NCBI GenBank assembly: GCA_003194435.1
Contig: PQXC01000003.1
Span: forward strand, 50,706 to 114,705
Origin: Candidatus Methanophagaceae archaeon
GTDB lineage: Archaea; Halobacteriota; Syntropharchaeia; Alkanophagales; Methanospirareceae
Reading direction: 5' to 3'
Length of the DNA: 64,000 nucleotides
The notes beneath the pieces were generated by a model. The model saw nothing but the letters and a program-made list of their open reading frames with translations, had not been told where the DNA came from and searched no databases. Positions 56,818 through 64,000 of this stretch are shown in pieces (positions within the stretch are counted from its first letter, which is position 1; each line of letters opens with the position of its first letter). Position numbers and translations under genes: made by a program.

Positions 56818-58108
56818 AGATGTAGAAATGGTGAAATCCGTAGAGCTGTATGAACGCGCAACAAGATGTATGCCCGGTGGCGTTAGCAGTCCGGTGCGAG
56901 CATATAAGCCATATCCATTCTTTACAGGCAGAGGGAAGGGCTCGCGAATATACGATGTAGATGGTAATGAATATATTGACTACTGCTTGGCGTATGGACC
57001 TCTCATTCTGGGGCACGCACCGGAGGAAGTGAAGGAAGCGATTAAAGAGCAGCTTGAACGTGGCTGGCTCTTTGGCACACCGCACGAAGGCGAGATAAAG
57101 CTTGCAGAGAAGATTATAGCATTGTATCCCTCAATTGAGATGGTCAGGTTCGTTAATAGTGGTAGCGAAGCGACGATGGCGGGCATAAGACTTGCGAGAG
57201 GCTTCTCAGGTCGCGATAAGATAATAAAGATAGAAGGGGGATTTCATGGCGCACACGATGGTGTTCTTGTGAAAGCAGGCTCTGGTGCCACCACTTTCGG
57301 TATCCCCGATTCCAGAGGCATACCTCCTGATCTGGTCAAGAACACACTTCAGGTGCCCTTTAACGATGCCACAGCGCTGAGCGACATTCTGGAAGCGAAC
57401 ACAGGAGAGGTCGCTGCTGTTATAATAGAACCTGTTATGGGCAATGTGGGACCGATACCGCCTGAGGATAACTATCTGGATGAAGTGAGGAGATTGACGA
57501 GGGAGCACGATGTTTTGCTCATCTTTGATGAGGTCATTACCGGGTTCAGACTCGCACCCGGCGGTGCACAGGAATATTATGGGGTCATACCGGACATGAC
57601 CATCCTGGGTAAGATCGCGGGTGGCGGCTTCCCAATAGGCGTCTTCGGTGCGAGTAGAGCGATTATGGAGCTTGTAGCACCTGTTGGTGAGGTATATCAG
57701 GCTGGCACTTTCAGTGGTAATCCCATCTCTATCACTGCGGGCATCAAGACGATAGAGATACTGGAGCGCGAGAGCGCTATACCGCGAATAAACGCACTTG
57801 GCGACCGTATGCGTGCTGCATTAACCGATATAATACACGATTCGGGTGCAGGAGTAGAAGCTTATGTCTCTGGTGTTGGTTCTATGTTCAAGATATTCTT
57901 CAGCCCTTCGGGTAATGCCGTCAGGAACTATTCTGATGCGCTCACGTGCGACAAGAACAGGTATATGCGCCTTTTCCATAAGATGCTATCCTCAGGGGTA
58001 TTCCTACCACCATCGCAATTCGAGACGAATTTTATCAGCCTCGCACATTCCGAAGAGGATATAGAGACAACAATAGAGGCATATAAGGAGAACATCTCCG
58101 AAATTTAA
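56783..58108 (+). CDS. hemL: Glutamate-1-semialdehyde 2,1-aminomutase. The likely true start is the internal MVKSVELYE at about 56828.
   Basis: The class-III aminotransferase signature ([12 protein letters not shown]), the PLP Lys region ([13 protein letters not shown]) and [11 protein letters not shown] identify it. Confidence 0.85.
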   Translation: MGSAVSSTRRGEDVEMVKSVELYERATRCMPGGVSSPVRAYKPYPFFTGRGKGSRIYDVDGNEYIDYCLAYGPLILGHAPEEVKEAIKEQLERGWLFGTPHEGEIKLAEKIIALYPSIEMVRFVNSGSEATMAGIRLARGFSGRDKIIKIEGGFHGAHDGVLVKAGSGATTFGIPDSRGIPPDLVKNTLQVPFNDATALSDILEANTGEVAAVIIEPVMGNVGPIPPEDNYLDEVRRLTREHDVLLIFDEVITGFRLAPGGAQEYYGVIPDMTILGKIAGGGFPIGVFGASRAIMELVAPVGEVYQAGTFSGNPISITAGIKTIEILERESAIPRINALGDRMRAALTDIIHDSGAGVEAYVSGVGSMFKIFFSPSGNAVRNYSDALTCDKNRYMRLFHKMLSSGVFLPPSQFETNFISLAHSEEDIETTIEAYKENISEI

Positions 58109-58115
58109 TTTAATT

Positions 58116-58919
58116 ATGGTAACTAATTTATACAACTCTCTATTCCTCTTATATTTATACATGACTCGCTCACGTTGCACTGTATGTGGCAAACCTGCCT
58201 CGTACAGATGCAAATACTGTGGTGACACCCTTTGCAGAGAGCATCTCCCGCCCGATAAGCACTGGTGTGTAGGATATGATAGAGATATGGATTGGGATAG
58301 AGATAGAGATAGGGATTATGCGCATGCAAAGATTAAATCATTAATTACGAATCCCTTCAGGATATTCTCTCATAACTACTCATATCTGATTCTGTTCCTC
58401 ATACTATTCTCTTTTCTTCTCCAGTTGCTCATTCCCGGCTACACTCAACATTTGATGCTGATTCCAGGGTTGGTGATAGCGAGACCATGGACACTGGTAA
58501 CGCATATCTTCCTCCACTCTGTCCAGCGGCCTGACCACGTCCTTATCAACATGCTCGTATTATTCTTCTTCGCACCCGTACTGGAGAGGCGAGTAGGGAG
58601 TGCAAAATTCCTGCTCATATTCTTCCTATCCGGCATCTTCGGGGGTATTGGCTACTGCATCATGACCCCTTCTTATCCCGCACTGGGCGCGAGCGGTGCG
58701 ATATGCGGTGTTCTCGGCGCACTCGCGATGTTGATGCCGAGGATGAGGGTCTATTTTATAATATTTCCGATGGAGATGTGGATGATGGTGATTCTATTTG
58801 CGTTATATGATGTCTTCATGATCGGTGCTCATGACTGGGTTGCGCATACAGCGCATCTGTCTGGACTCCTGTTCGGGCTGATTGCTGGCTGGATGGAGTT
58901 GCAAAAAGAATTGAGTTAA
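58116..58919 (+). CDS. Rhomboid-family intramembrane serine protease with an N-terminal C4 zinc-ribbon.
   Basis: There is an N-terminal CTVCG...CKYCGDTLC zinc-ribbon. The rhomboid catalytic GASGAICG (Ser) and AHTAHLSG (His) lie in TM segments. Confidence 0.7.
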   Translation: MVTNLYNSLFLLYLYMTRSRCTVCGKPASYRCKYCGDTLCREHLPPDKHWCVGYDRDMDWDRDRDRDYAHAKIKSLITNPFRIFSHNYSYLILFLILFSFLLQLLIPGYTQHLMLIPGLVIARPWTLVTHIFLHSVQRPDHVLINMLVLFFFAPVLERRVGSAKFLLIFFLSGIFGGIGYCIMTPSYPALGASGAICGVLGALAMLMPRMRVYFIIFPMEMWMMVILFALYDVFMIGAHDWVAHTAHLSGLLFGLIAGWMELQKELS

Positions 58920-58951
58920 TTATTTATATGTTGGATTATTTACATTATACA

Positions 58952-58965
58952 TGAGATGCATCTCA
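58952..58965. promoter_or_regulatory. Perfect 14-bp palindrome TGAGATGCATCTCA between a TATA-like box and the start of the HTH-riboflavin kinase gene; candidate operator.
   Basis: The palindrome is seen directly in the sequence. It lies about 26 nt upstream of the ATG at 58991. An AT-rich TATA-like TTTACATTATAC lies about 10 nt further upstream. Confidence 0.3.
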
Positions 58966-58990
58966 AAATTGAGGGGGAGATGATGGAACG

Positions 58991-59665
58991 ATGAGTGATA
59001 TAATATACTCGTTAAGAAAGCTCGCTCTGCTCGGTGCCATTGAACAACCAATCAAGTTATCCTCCGGGCATTTCGCGGAGACGATAAAATCGAGCGTGCA
59101 AACTGCAGCGAGACGGCTTCAGGAGCTTGAACGCAGAGGTCTGGTGCATCGGCGGATAATTGCAGATGGGCAATGGATAACACTGACAGAGAAGGGTGTG
59201 GAGGAACTGAAGAAGGAGTGCTATGAATATCAGGCAATCTTCTCCACGCCAAATATAGAGGTAGAAATCACCGGGCGGGTGATTACAGGTCTGGGTGAGG
59301 GGAAGTATTACACCACACTTGAGGGCTACCGGCGGCAATTTGAGACCAAATTGGGTTTCACTCCTTTCCCTGGCACCTTGAATCTGCACCTGGATTCCCA
59401 TAGCATAGCAGTGCGTAAAAAGCTGAATTGGAGAAGAGGGGTAGAGATAGAGGGTTTTGAATCTGAGAACAGGACATTCGGGGGTGGCAGATGTTTCTCC
59501 TGTAAGATATTAGACCCCAGAGCAGAAGGGATTAAAAGTGCTGTCATCATTCCTGACCGCACACATTATCCGGAAGATGTTCTGGAGATAATCTCTCCGG
59601 TTTACCTGCGCTGTGAACTCGGTCTTGAAGATGGGGATGTGGTAAGGACACAGGTGAAGATATGA
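58991..59665 (+). CDS. ribK: CTP-dependent archaeal riboflavin kinase fused to an N-terminal winged-HTH (RbkR-like bifunctional regulator/enzyme).
   Basis: The C-terminus has the PFPGTLN hallmark of archaeal RibK (MJ0056 family). An N-terminal wHTH of about 85 aa is present. The gene overlaps ribB by 4 nt. Confidence 0.75.
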   Translation: MSDIIYSLRKLALLGAIEQPIKLSSGHFAETIKSSVQTAARRLQELERRGLVHRRIIADGQWITLTEKGVEELKKECYEYQAIFSTPNIEVEITGRVITGLGEGKYYTTLEGYRRQFETKLGFTPFPGTLNLHLDSHSIAVRKKLNWRRGVEIEGFESENRTFGGGRCFSCKILDPRAEGIKSAVIIPDRTHYPEDVLEIISPVYLRCELGLEDGDVVRTQVKI

Positions 59666-60354
59666 TTCCAGACTCGGTAGAGAAGGGTATCGAACGTATA
59701 AGAAGAGGTGGAATCGTTTTGATCTACGATGCAGAGGACCGTGAGGGTGAGACAGACTTTGTAATGCCTGCAACCATGGTGAGACCAAAGGACATAGCAT
59801 ATTTCAGGCGAGAAGCAGGGGGGCTTATCTGTGTTGCTATTCATCCTATTGCCGCTGAGAAATTCGGTCTTCCACTTATCAGTGACATCTTGAGATGTTC
59901 GCCCCTGAGCAGAATGGTGGAGGAGAATGGCGATCTGGTATATGATAAACGTTCTTCATTCTCTCTATGGGTGAATCACCGCGATACATTTACAGGTATA
60001 ACTGATAGAGACCGCGCGCTTACAATAAAGAAGATAGGTGAAGCAGTAGCGGAGGTATTGAATGGTAGTTCTGGTTCTTTCGATTTCCAATCCTCTTTCA
60101 GAACACCCGGGCACGTTGCGATACTGAGAGCCGCTGATAGCTTACTCAAGGAGAGAAGAGGACAGACAGAACTTTCGGTAGCTCTCGCGTTGCTCGCAGG
60201 CATACCTCCGGCGATGGTAATCTGTGAGATGCTGGACGGCGATACGGGATATGCGTTATCCAAGCAAGATGCAAAGAGTTATGCACAGAGACACGGCAGT
60301 GTGTTCATAGAGGGTAGGGAGATAATAGAGGCATACAATCACACCTTTAAATAA
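59662..60354 (+). CDS. ribB: 3,4-dihydroxy-2-butanone 4-phosphate synthase.
   Basis: VLIYDAEDREGETDFVMPA, ICVAI and GHVAILRA are motifs of DHBP synthase. Confidence 0.85.
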   Translation: MIPDSVEKGIERIRRGGIVLIYDAEDREGETDFVMPATMVRPKDIAYFRREAGGLICVAIHPIAAEKFGLPLISDILRCSPLSRMVEENGDLVYDKRSSFSLWVNHRDTFTGITDRDRALTIKKIGEAVAEVLNGSSGSFDFQSSFRTPGHVAILRAADSLLKERRGQTELSVALALLAGIPPAMVICEMLDGDTGYALSKQDAKSYAQRHGSVFIEGREIIEAYNHTFK

Positions 60355-60463
60355 AAGTTAATACATATTAGACCATAACATAATTTTTTTGCTACAAACC
60401 TGTGCACATAACCCAAAATAAGATAATAAGCAAAGGGCAGAGGGCTGTTCTCTTCAATCTGTT

Positions 60464-60694
60464 TTATTTACGGGAGAGATTGACATTATTGTTGTTCCTT
60501 AGTGTTAACGATGCCAGTTCGGTTCCAAGCACGAGAACTGCCTGCTTGTGCTCCTCTTTGCTCCGATGCACCTGGAAAGGAGAGATACCCAGCTCGTTGT
60601 ACTTCTCAAAACTACAGCCCAACCCATTTTCCTCACAATACTTCTTCAATTGCGCCAGCAACAAATGCAAATGTACCAGCTCTTCTTTCTTCAT
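60464..60694 (-). CDS. Small conserved archaeal protein (UPF0058-like).
   Basis: The 76-aa protein MKKEELVHLHLLLAQLKKYCEEN... resembles UPF0058 family members. It sits in an otherwise AT-rich gap. Confidence 0.4.
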   Translation of the reverse strand: MKKEELVHLHLLLAQLKKYCEENGLGCSFEKYNELGISPFQVHRSKEEHKQAVLVLGTELASLTLRNNNNVNLSRK

Positions 60695-60923
60695 GGGTAA
60701 TTATATATATGTACATTTCCAATATTTAAACGTTTATGTGCAGATACCATGTGTGAGTTATACATGTGGCGTTAGCATGTGATACAAAAATTTTATATTT
60801 TTTCACTATTACGTTCGCAATCGTCTAACTTTTTTTCAAATATGAACTATGAATCTTCCAGTTATGAAAACATTGATAAAGCTATTCGTTTAAACTATAA
60901 TACGGAAGGAGCGAGAGCGAGCG

Positions 60924-62183
60924 ATGAGAATAGGCTTTTTCGTCTGGGAATATCCGCCAGGGATAAGCGGGGAGCTGGGCATATATGCGGAGAATATATC
61001 TCGTGAACTGATAGACATGGGAAATGACATATCGGTATTCACGATGAACAATGGCGAGCTAAAGACGAGAGAAGTGATAAGAGGCGTTGATGTCAATAGA
61101 CCGATGCTAATAGACGGGAGCAACATACTGCCTTTATTCATCACAGAGGACCTCAGAAAGTGGGATACCGGACTGAAATTCTTCAATGATGTACTTATTT
61201 ATAACGTGCTGAGTGCAACGAAGTTCGTGAACGAGCTGATAAAGAAGGAGGGCTACGAATTTGATATCATCTGCGCACATGACTGGTTGAGCGCGATAGC
61301 GGGTCTAATGATAAAGAAGGAACTGGGATTGCCATTTGTGTTCCATTTTCACTCGACTGAGTGGGGCAGGAAGCTTGATGGCGGCTCTGACTCTGAGACA
61401 GTGATGTACATAGAAGAAGCTGCAGCTAATGCCGCTGATGGGATAATAACGGTGAGTTATCCGATGCAGGAGGACCTGATAAGGCATGGTATCGAAGCAG
61501 AGAAGATAAGGGTCTGCTGGAATGGGGTATCCACCGAACTGTATGACCCGAACAGACTCGATTACAGTGCGATACAGGAACTAAGAAACGGCTATGGGAT
61601 AAGTACAGAGGATAAGATGATACTATTTGTGGGCAGATTGACACCGGTGAAGGGTATAGTGAACCTTGTAAAGGCAATGCCCACGGTGATCAGCAGACAC
61701 CCGGAGGTGAAGCTGGTTATACTGGGACGTGGTGAGCTGGAGAAGACGATACTGGATTTGATAAGCAGGTTGGGCATTGCAGACAGCGTGAAGCCGAATT
61801 TCATCTTTGCATCAGAAGAGGAGAGGATATTACATTACGGCGCCTGCGATATCGCGGTCTTTCCATCTCTCTATGAGCCTTCTGGTATTGTAGCACTGGA
61901 AGCGATGGCGATGGCGAAACCGGTGGTGGTGGGTGCCAGAGGCATAAGTGGATTCAGAGATCAGGTAATCCCATCGGGTCACGACCAGACGGGCATTCAT
62001 GTAGATGGCAGTAATTCTGCTGATATAGCGTGGGGTATAAATTCACTGCTGGAGAATCCGGAAGCAGCGAAGGCAATGGGAGAAAGAGGAAGAGTAAGAG
62101 TTGAGCGGTATTTCACATGGGACAGGACTGCAAAGTGCACCATTGATGTATACGAGGAGATAATAAGAGAGTGCAAGGTATAA
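60924..62183 (+). CDS. GT4-family (GT-B fold) glycosyltransferase.
   Basis: The N-terminal RIGFFVWEYPP and the C-terminal E-x7-E-like region (SLYEPSGIVALEAMAMAKPVV) identify GT4. Confidence 0.7.
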   Translation: MRIGFFVWEYPPGISGELGIYAENISRELIDMGNDISVFTMNNGELKTREVIRGVDVNRPMLIDGSNILPLFITEDLRKWDTGLKFFNDVLIYNVLSATKFVNELIKKEGYEFDIICAHDWLSAIAGLMIKKELGLPFVFHFHSTEWGRKLDGGSDSETVMYIEEAAANAADGIITVSYPMQEDLIRHGIEAEKIRVCWNGVSTELYDPNRLDYSAIQELRNGYGISTEDKMILFVGRLTPVKGIVNLVKAMPTVISRHPEVKLVILGRGELEKTILDLISRLGIADSVKPNFIFASEEERILHYGACDIAVFPSLYEPSGIVALEAMAMAKPVVVGARGISGFRDQVIPSGHDQTGIHVDGSNSADIAWGINSLLENPEAAKAMGERGRVRVERYFTWDRTAKCTIDVYEEIIRECKV

Positions 62184-62260
62184 CCAGCAGCAACCAGCAG
62201 GCTCCTTCCTTATTTTATTTCTTACTCGCTCTTACTTATTCTTACTTATCCATCAGGTGT

Positions 62261-63262
62261 CTATCTGGCAGGGCTTCTACAATAGCATGCTCTTATCTCG
62301 CATCTGGCACCGAGTATAGAATCACTTATCTCCGCCTTCTTTATCACTGTGTCCTCACCAACCACGCTATTATGAAGTAGCGTCTCACCTAAATCTACCC
62401 CTGGAAAGACCACAGACTTATGTACCTTGCTCTTTCTTAATGCTGCATGGTTGCCTATTACTGCAGGACCACGTATCAACGATTCATTTATCACTGCATG
62501 CTCACCAATGGCAACGTTACCTTCTATCTCACTATCTTCTATCTCCGCAGTATCCGCGCATTCGAACCCCTTCTTATCCAGTATCCACCTGCTCGCCTTC
62601 ATGTACCCCTCAAGAGAGCCAATATCAGCCCAGAAACCCTCAACCACACAGCCATAGACCTCATTCTGCGCCACGAGGATAGGGAACAGGTCCCTGGAGA
62701 AGTCGAAAGCACACCCTTCGGGTACGTACTCCATCGCCTCTGGCTCTATTATATACAGCCCCGTATTCGCGAGATTGGAGAAACATTCGTGAGGTGATGG
62801 CTTCTCTTTAAATTTCTTCACCCTGCCACTCGATTGCTCTATCTCCGCTATGCCGTACAGCGAAGGGTCAGGCACAGCGAGAAGAGCTATGGTTACGAGC
62901 CTTCCATGTTTCTGGTGGAACTCCATCATCTTTTTTATGTTTATATCCGTAATGTTATCCCCCTGGATGATCAATGCGGTATCATCAATGCATGCATTCT
63001 TCACCGAGCCCGCGGTTCCCAATGGAGAGGGTTCTTCTGGATATGAGAGCTTTAAATCCTTACGGCTACTCAAGTAATTTATCGTCTGCTCTCTTAGATA
63101 ATTCGTTGTGATAACGATATCTTTCAACCCGTATCCCGCAAGATAATCCAGTATATAATCAATCACGGGCTTATTAACAAGAGGAATCATCGCCTTTGGC
63201 GTACTGTACGTGAGAGGTCGAAGCCTGGTACCATAGCCCCCAGCGAGAACCACCGCCTTCAT
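62261..63262 (-). CDS. Sugar-1-phosphate nucleotidylyltransferase with a C-terminal left-handed beta-helix (GlmU/GCD1-like bifunctional layout).
   Basis: The N-terminal AVVLAGGYGTRLRPLTYSTPK matches the NTP-transferase signature. C-terminal hexapeptide repeats are present. Confidence 0.75.
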   Translation of the reverse strand: MKAVVLAGGYGTRLRPLTYSTPKAMIPLVNKPVIDYILDYLAGYGLKDIVITTNYLREQTINYLSSRKDLKLSYPEEPSPLGTAGSVKNACIDDTALIIQGDNITDINIKKMMEFHQKHGRLVTIALLAVPDPSLYGIAEIEQSSGRVKKFKEKPSPHECFSNLANTGLYIIEPEAMEYVPEGCAFDFSRDLFPILVAQNEVYGCVVEGFWADIGSLEGYMKASRWILDKKGFECADTAEIEDSEIEGNVAIGEHAVINESLIRGPAVIGNHAALRKSKVHKSVVFPGVDLGETLLHNSVVGEDTVIKKAEISDSILGARCEIRACYCRSPAR

Positions 63263-63290
63263 CTCTTCATACCATACGAATACATAAATA

Positions 63291-63623
63291 ATGGGGCGGA
63301 TATTTATATTTAAAAGGTATGGGTATGGTTATGGTTATGGAATGATAAGAAGAGAAGAAATAGAACACATAGCGTGGTTGGCACGAATAGAACTGAGGGA
63401 AGAAGAGAAGGAACTATTTGAGAGCCAGTTAAGTTCTATACTGGACTATTTTGCAGTGCTCGATGAGCTCGACACCCGGGATGTGGAACCCACGTATAAT
63501 GTGACAGGGATAAGGAATGTAGTGAGGGAAGACGAGCCGAAGGAGGTTTTCAGTCAGGCAGATGCACTTCGGAACGCCCCCAAGACCGAGGGTGGCTATT
63601 TCAAGAGTCCGCGTATATTCTGA
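63291..63623 (+). CDS. gatC: Asp/Glu-tRNA amidotransferase subunit C. The likely start is the internal MIRREE at about 63342; the upstream GYGYGYG is probably not translated.
   Basis: [39 protein letters not shown] is the typical GatC pattern. Confidence 0.7.
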   Translation: MGRIFIFKRYGYGYGYGMIRREEIEHIAWLARIELREEEKELFESQLSSILDYFAVLDELDTRDVEPTYNVTGIRNVVREDEPKEVFSQADALRNAPKTEGGYFKSPRIF

Positions 63624-63636
63624 TAAAAGGTACAAG

Positions 63637-64000
63637 ATGGCAAAGAGGGTGATGATACAGGGTACAGGCTCCGGAGTGGGCAAGAGTGTCATTGTTGCTG
63701 CACTCTGTCGCATATTCACTCAGGACGGTTTCAGTGTTGCACCATTCAAAGCGCAGAATATGGCTCTTAACTCGTATGTCACGCGAGACGGTCTTGAGAT
63801 AGGCAGAGCGCAGGCATTTCAGGCATTCGCCGCTCGTAAAGAGCCGTCAGTGGAGATGAACCCGATATTATTGAAGCCTACAAGCGATACAGGCGCTCAG
63901 GTCATCGTGCGTGGTAAGCCAATAGGCAATATGACAGCAAGAGAGTATCACGATTACAAGCCCAATGCAATGAACCTCATAAAGGAGTGCTTCGCAAAGC
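63637..64000 (+). CDS. cobQ: Cobyric acid synthase, N-terminal part; the CDS is truncated by the window end.
   Basis: An ATG at 63637 gives [25 protein letters not shown]...QNMALNS, the CobQ/CbiP dethiobiotin-synthetase-like N-domain. There is no stop codon within the window. Confidence 0.65.
   Translation, partial: MAKRVMIQGTGSGVGKSVIVAALCRIFTQDGFSVAPFKAQNMALNSYVTRDGLEIGRAQAFQAFAARKEPSVEMNPILLKPTSDTGAQVIVRGKPIGNMTAREYHDYKPNAMNLIKECFAK

Noticed and set aside
1-64000. CRISPR arrays or cas genes.
   Set aside because: No regularly spaced direct repeats of 24-40 bp were seen in any intergenic region. The only repeats are intragenic (DUF11) or IS termini.

Overview
This window reads as an archaeal (euryarchaeal-type) chromosomal segment of about 50% GC, dense with genes on both strands. 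The archaeal call rests on aIF2-alpha, TFB, ribosomal proteins L21e/L44e/S27e, Pth2, NAC-alpha, an Sm protein, intron-bearing tRNAs and an archaeal-type RNase P RNA.

I can support about 65 CDS, five tRNA genes, one unannotated RNase P RNA and three IS copies. The five tRNAs are Ser-CGA, Tyr-GUA with a 43-nt intron, Arg-CCU with a ~58-nt intron, and Val-GAC plus Val-UAC arranged as an inverted near-identical pair. The IS copies are two tandem paralogous IS4-superfamily-like elements and one single-ORF IS66-family element with a 14-bp terminal inverted repeat.

Housekeeping content:
- Central metabolism: aconitase, thiolase/DUF35/3-hydroxyacyl-CoA dehydrogenase, fumarase beta subunit, PHP phosphoesterase.
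- Amino-acid and nucleotide biosynthesis: ilvBH, trpC, trpD, proC, purE/purS/purM, pyrC.
- Cofactor and solute synthesis: hemL, ribK/ribB, two moeA copies, a cbiZ-cobZ fusion, and the start of cobQ at the window edge.
- Replication, division and information processing: scpAB, ftsZ, Lhr helicase, RecJ/GAN-like DHH nuclease, a Gins51-like protein, RNase HII, TFB, TrpRS, GatC.

Accessory-looking patches:
- A 5'-truncated, N-glycosylation-sequon-rich surface protein next to the two tandem IS copies and an AT-rich island.
- A secreted dockerin plus transglutaminase-like protease.
- A DUF11-repeat surface protein with a ~360-bp internal DNA duplication.
- A 2.5-kb segment bounded by the inverted tRNA-Val pair that carries rpl21e and a two-gene mannosylglycerate cassette, mpgS and mpgP.

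Other observations:
- The RNase P RNA overlaps the spurious 5' extension of the Lhr ORF.
- TrpRS carries an insertion of about 85-90 residues in its catalytic core.
- A perfect 14-bp palindrome sits in the promoter of an RbkR-type HTH-riboflavin kinase fusion.
- A small PD-(D/E)xK-like protein with a QPSF-repeat tail lies beside scpBA.
- No CRISPR array was seen.
- Coordinates for RNA genes and IS boundaries were counted by hand and may be off by a few nucleotides.
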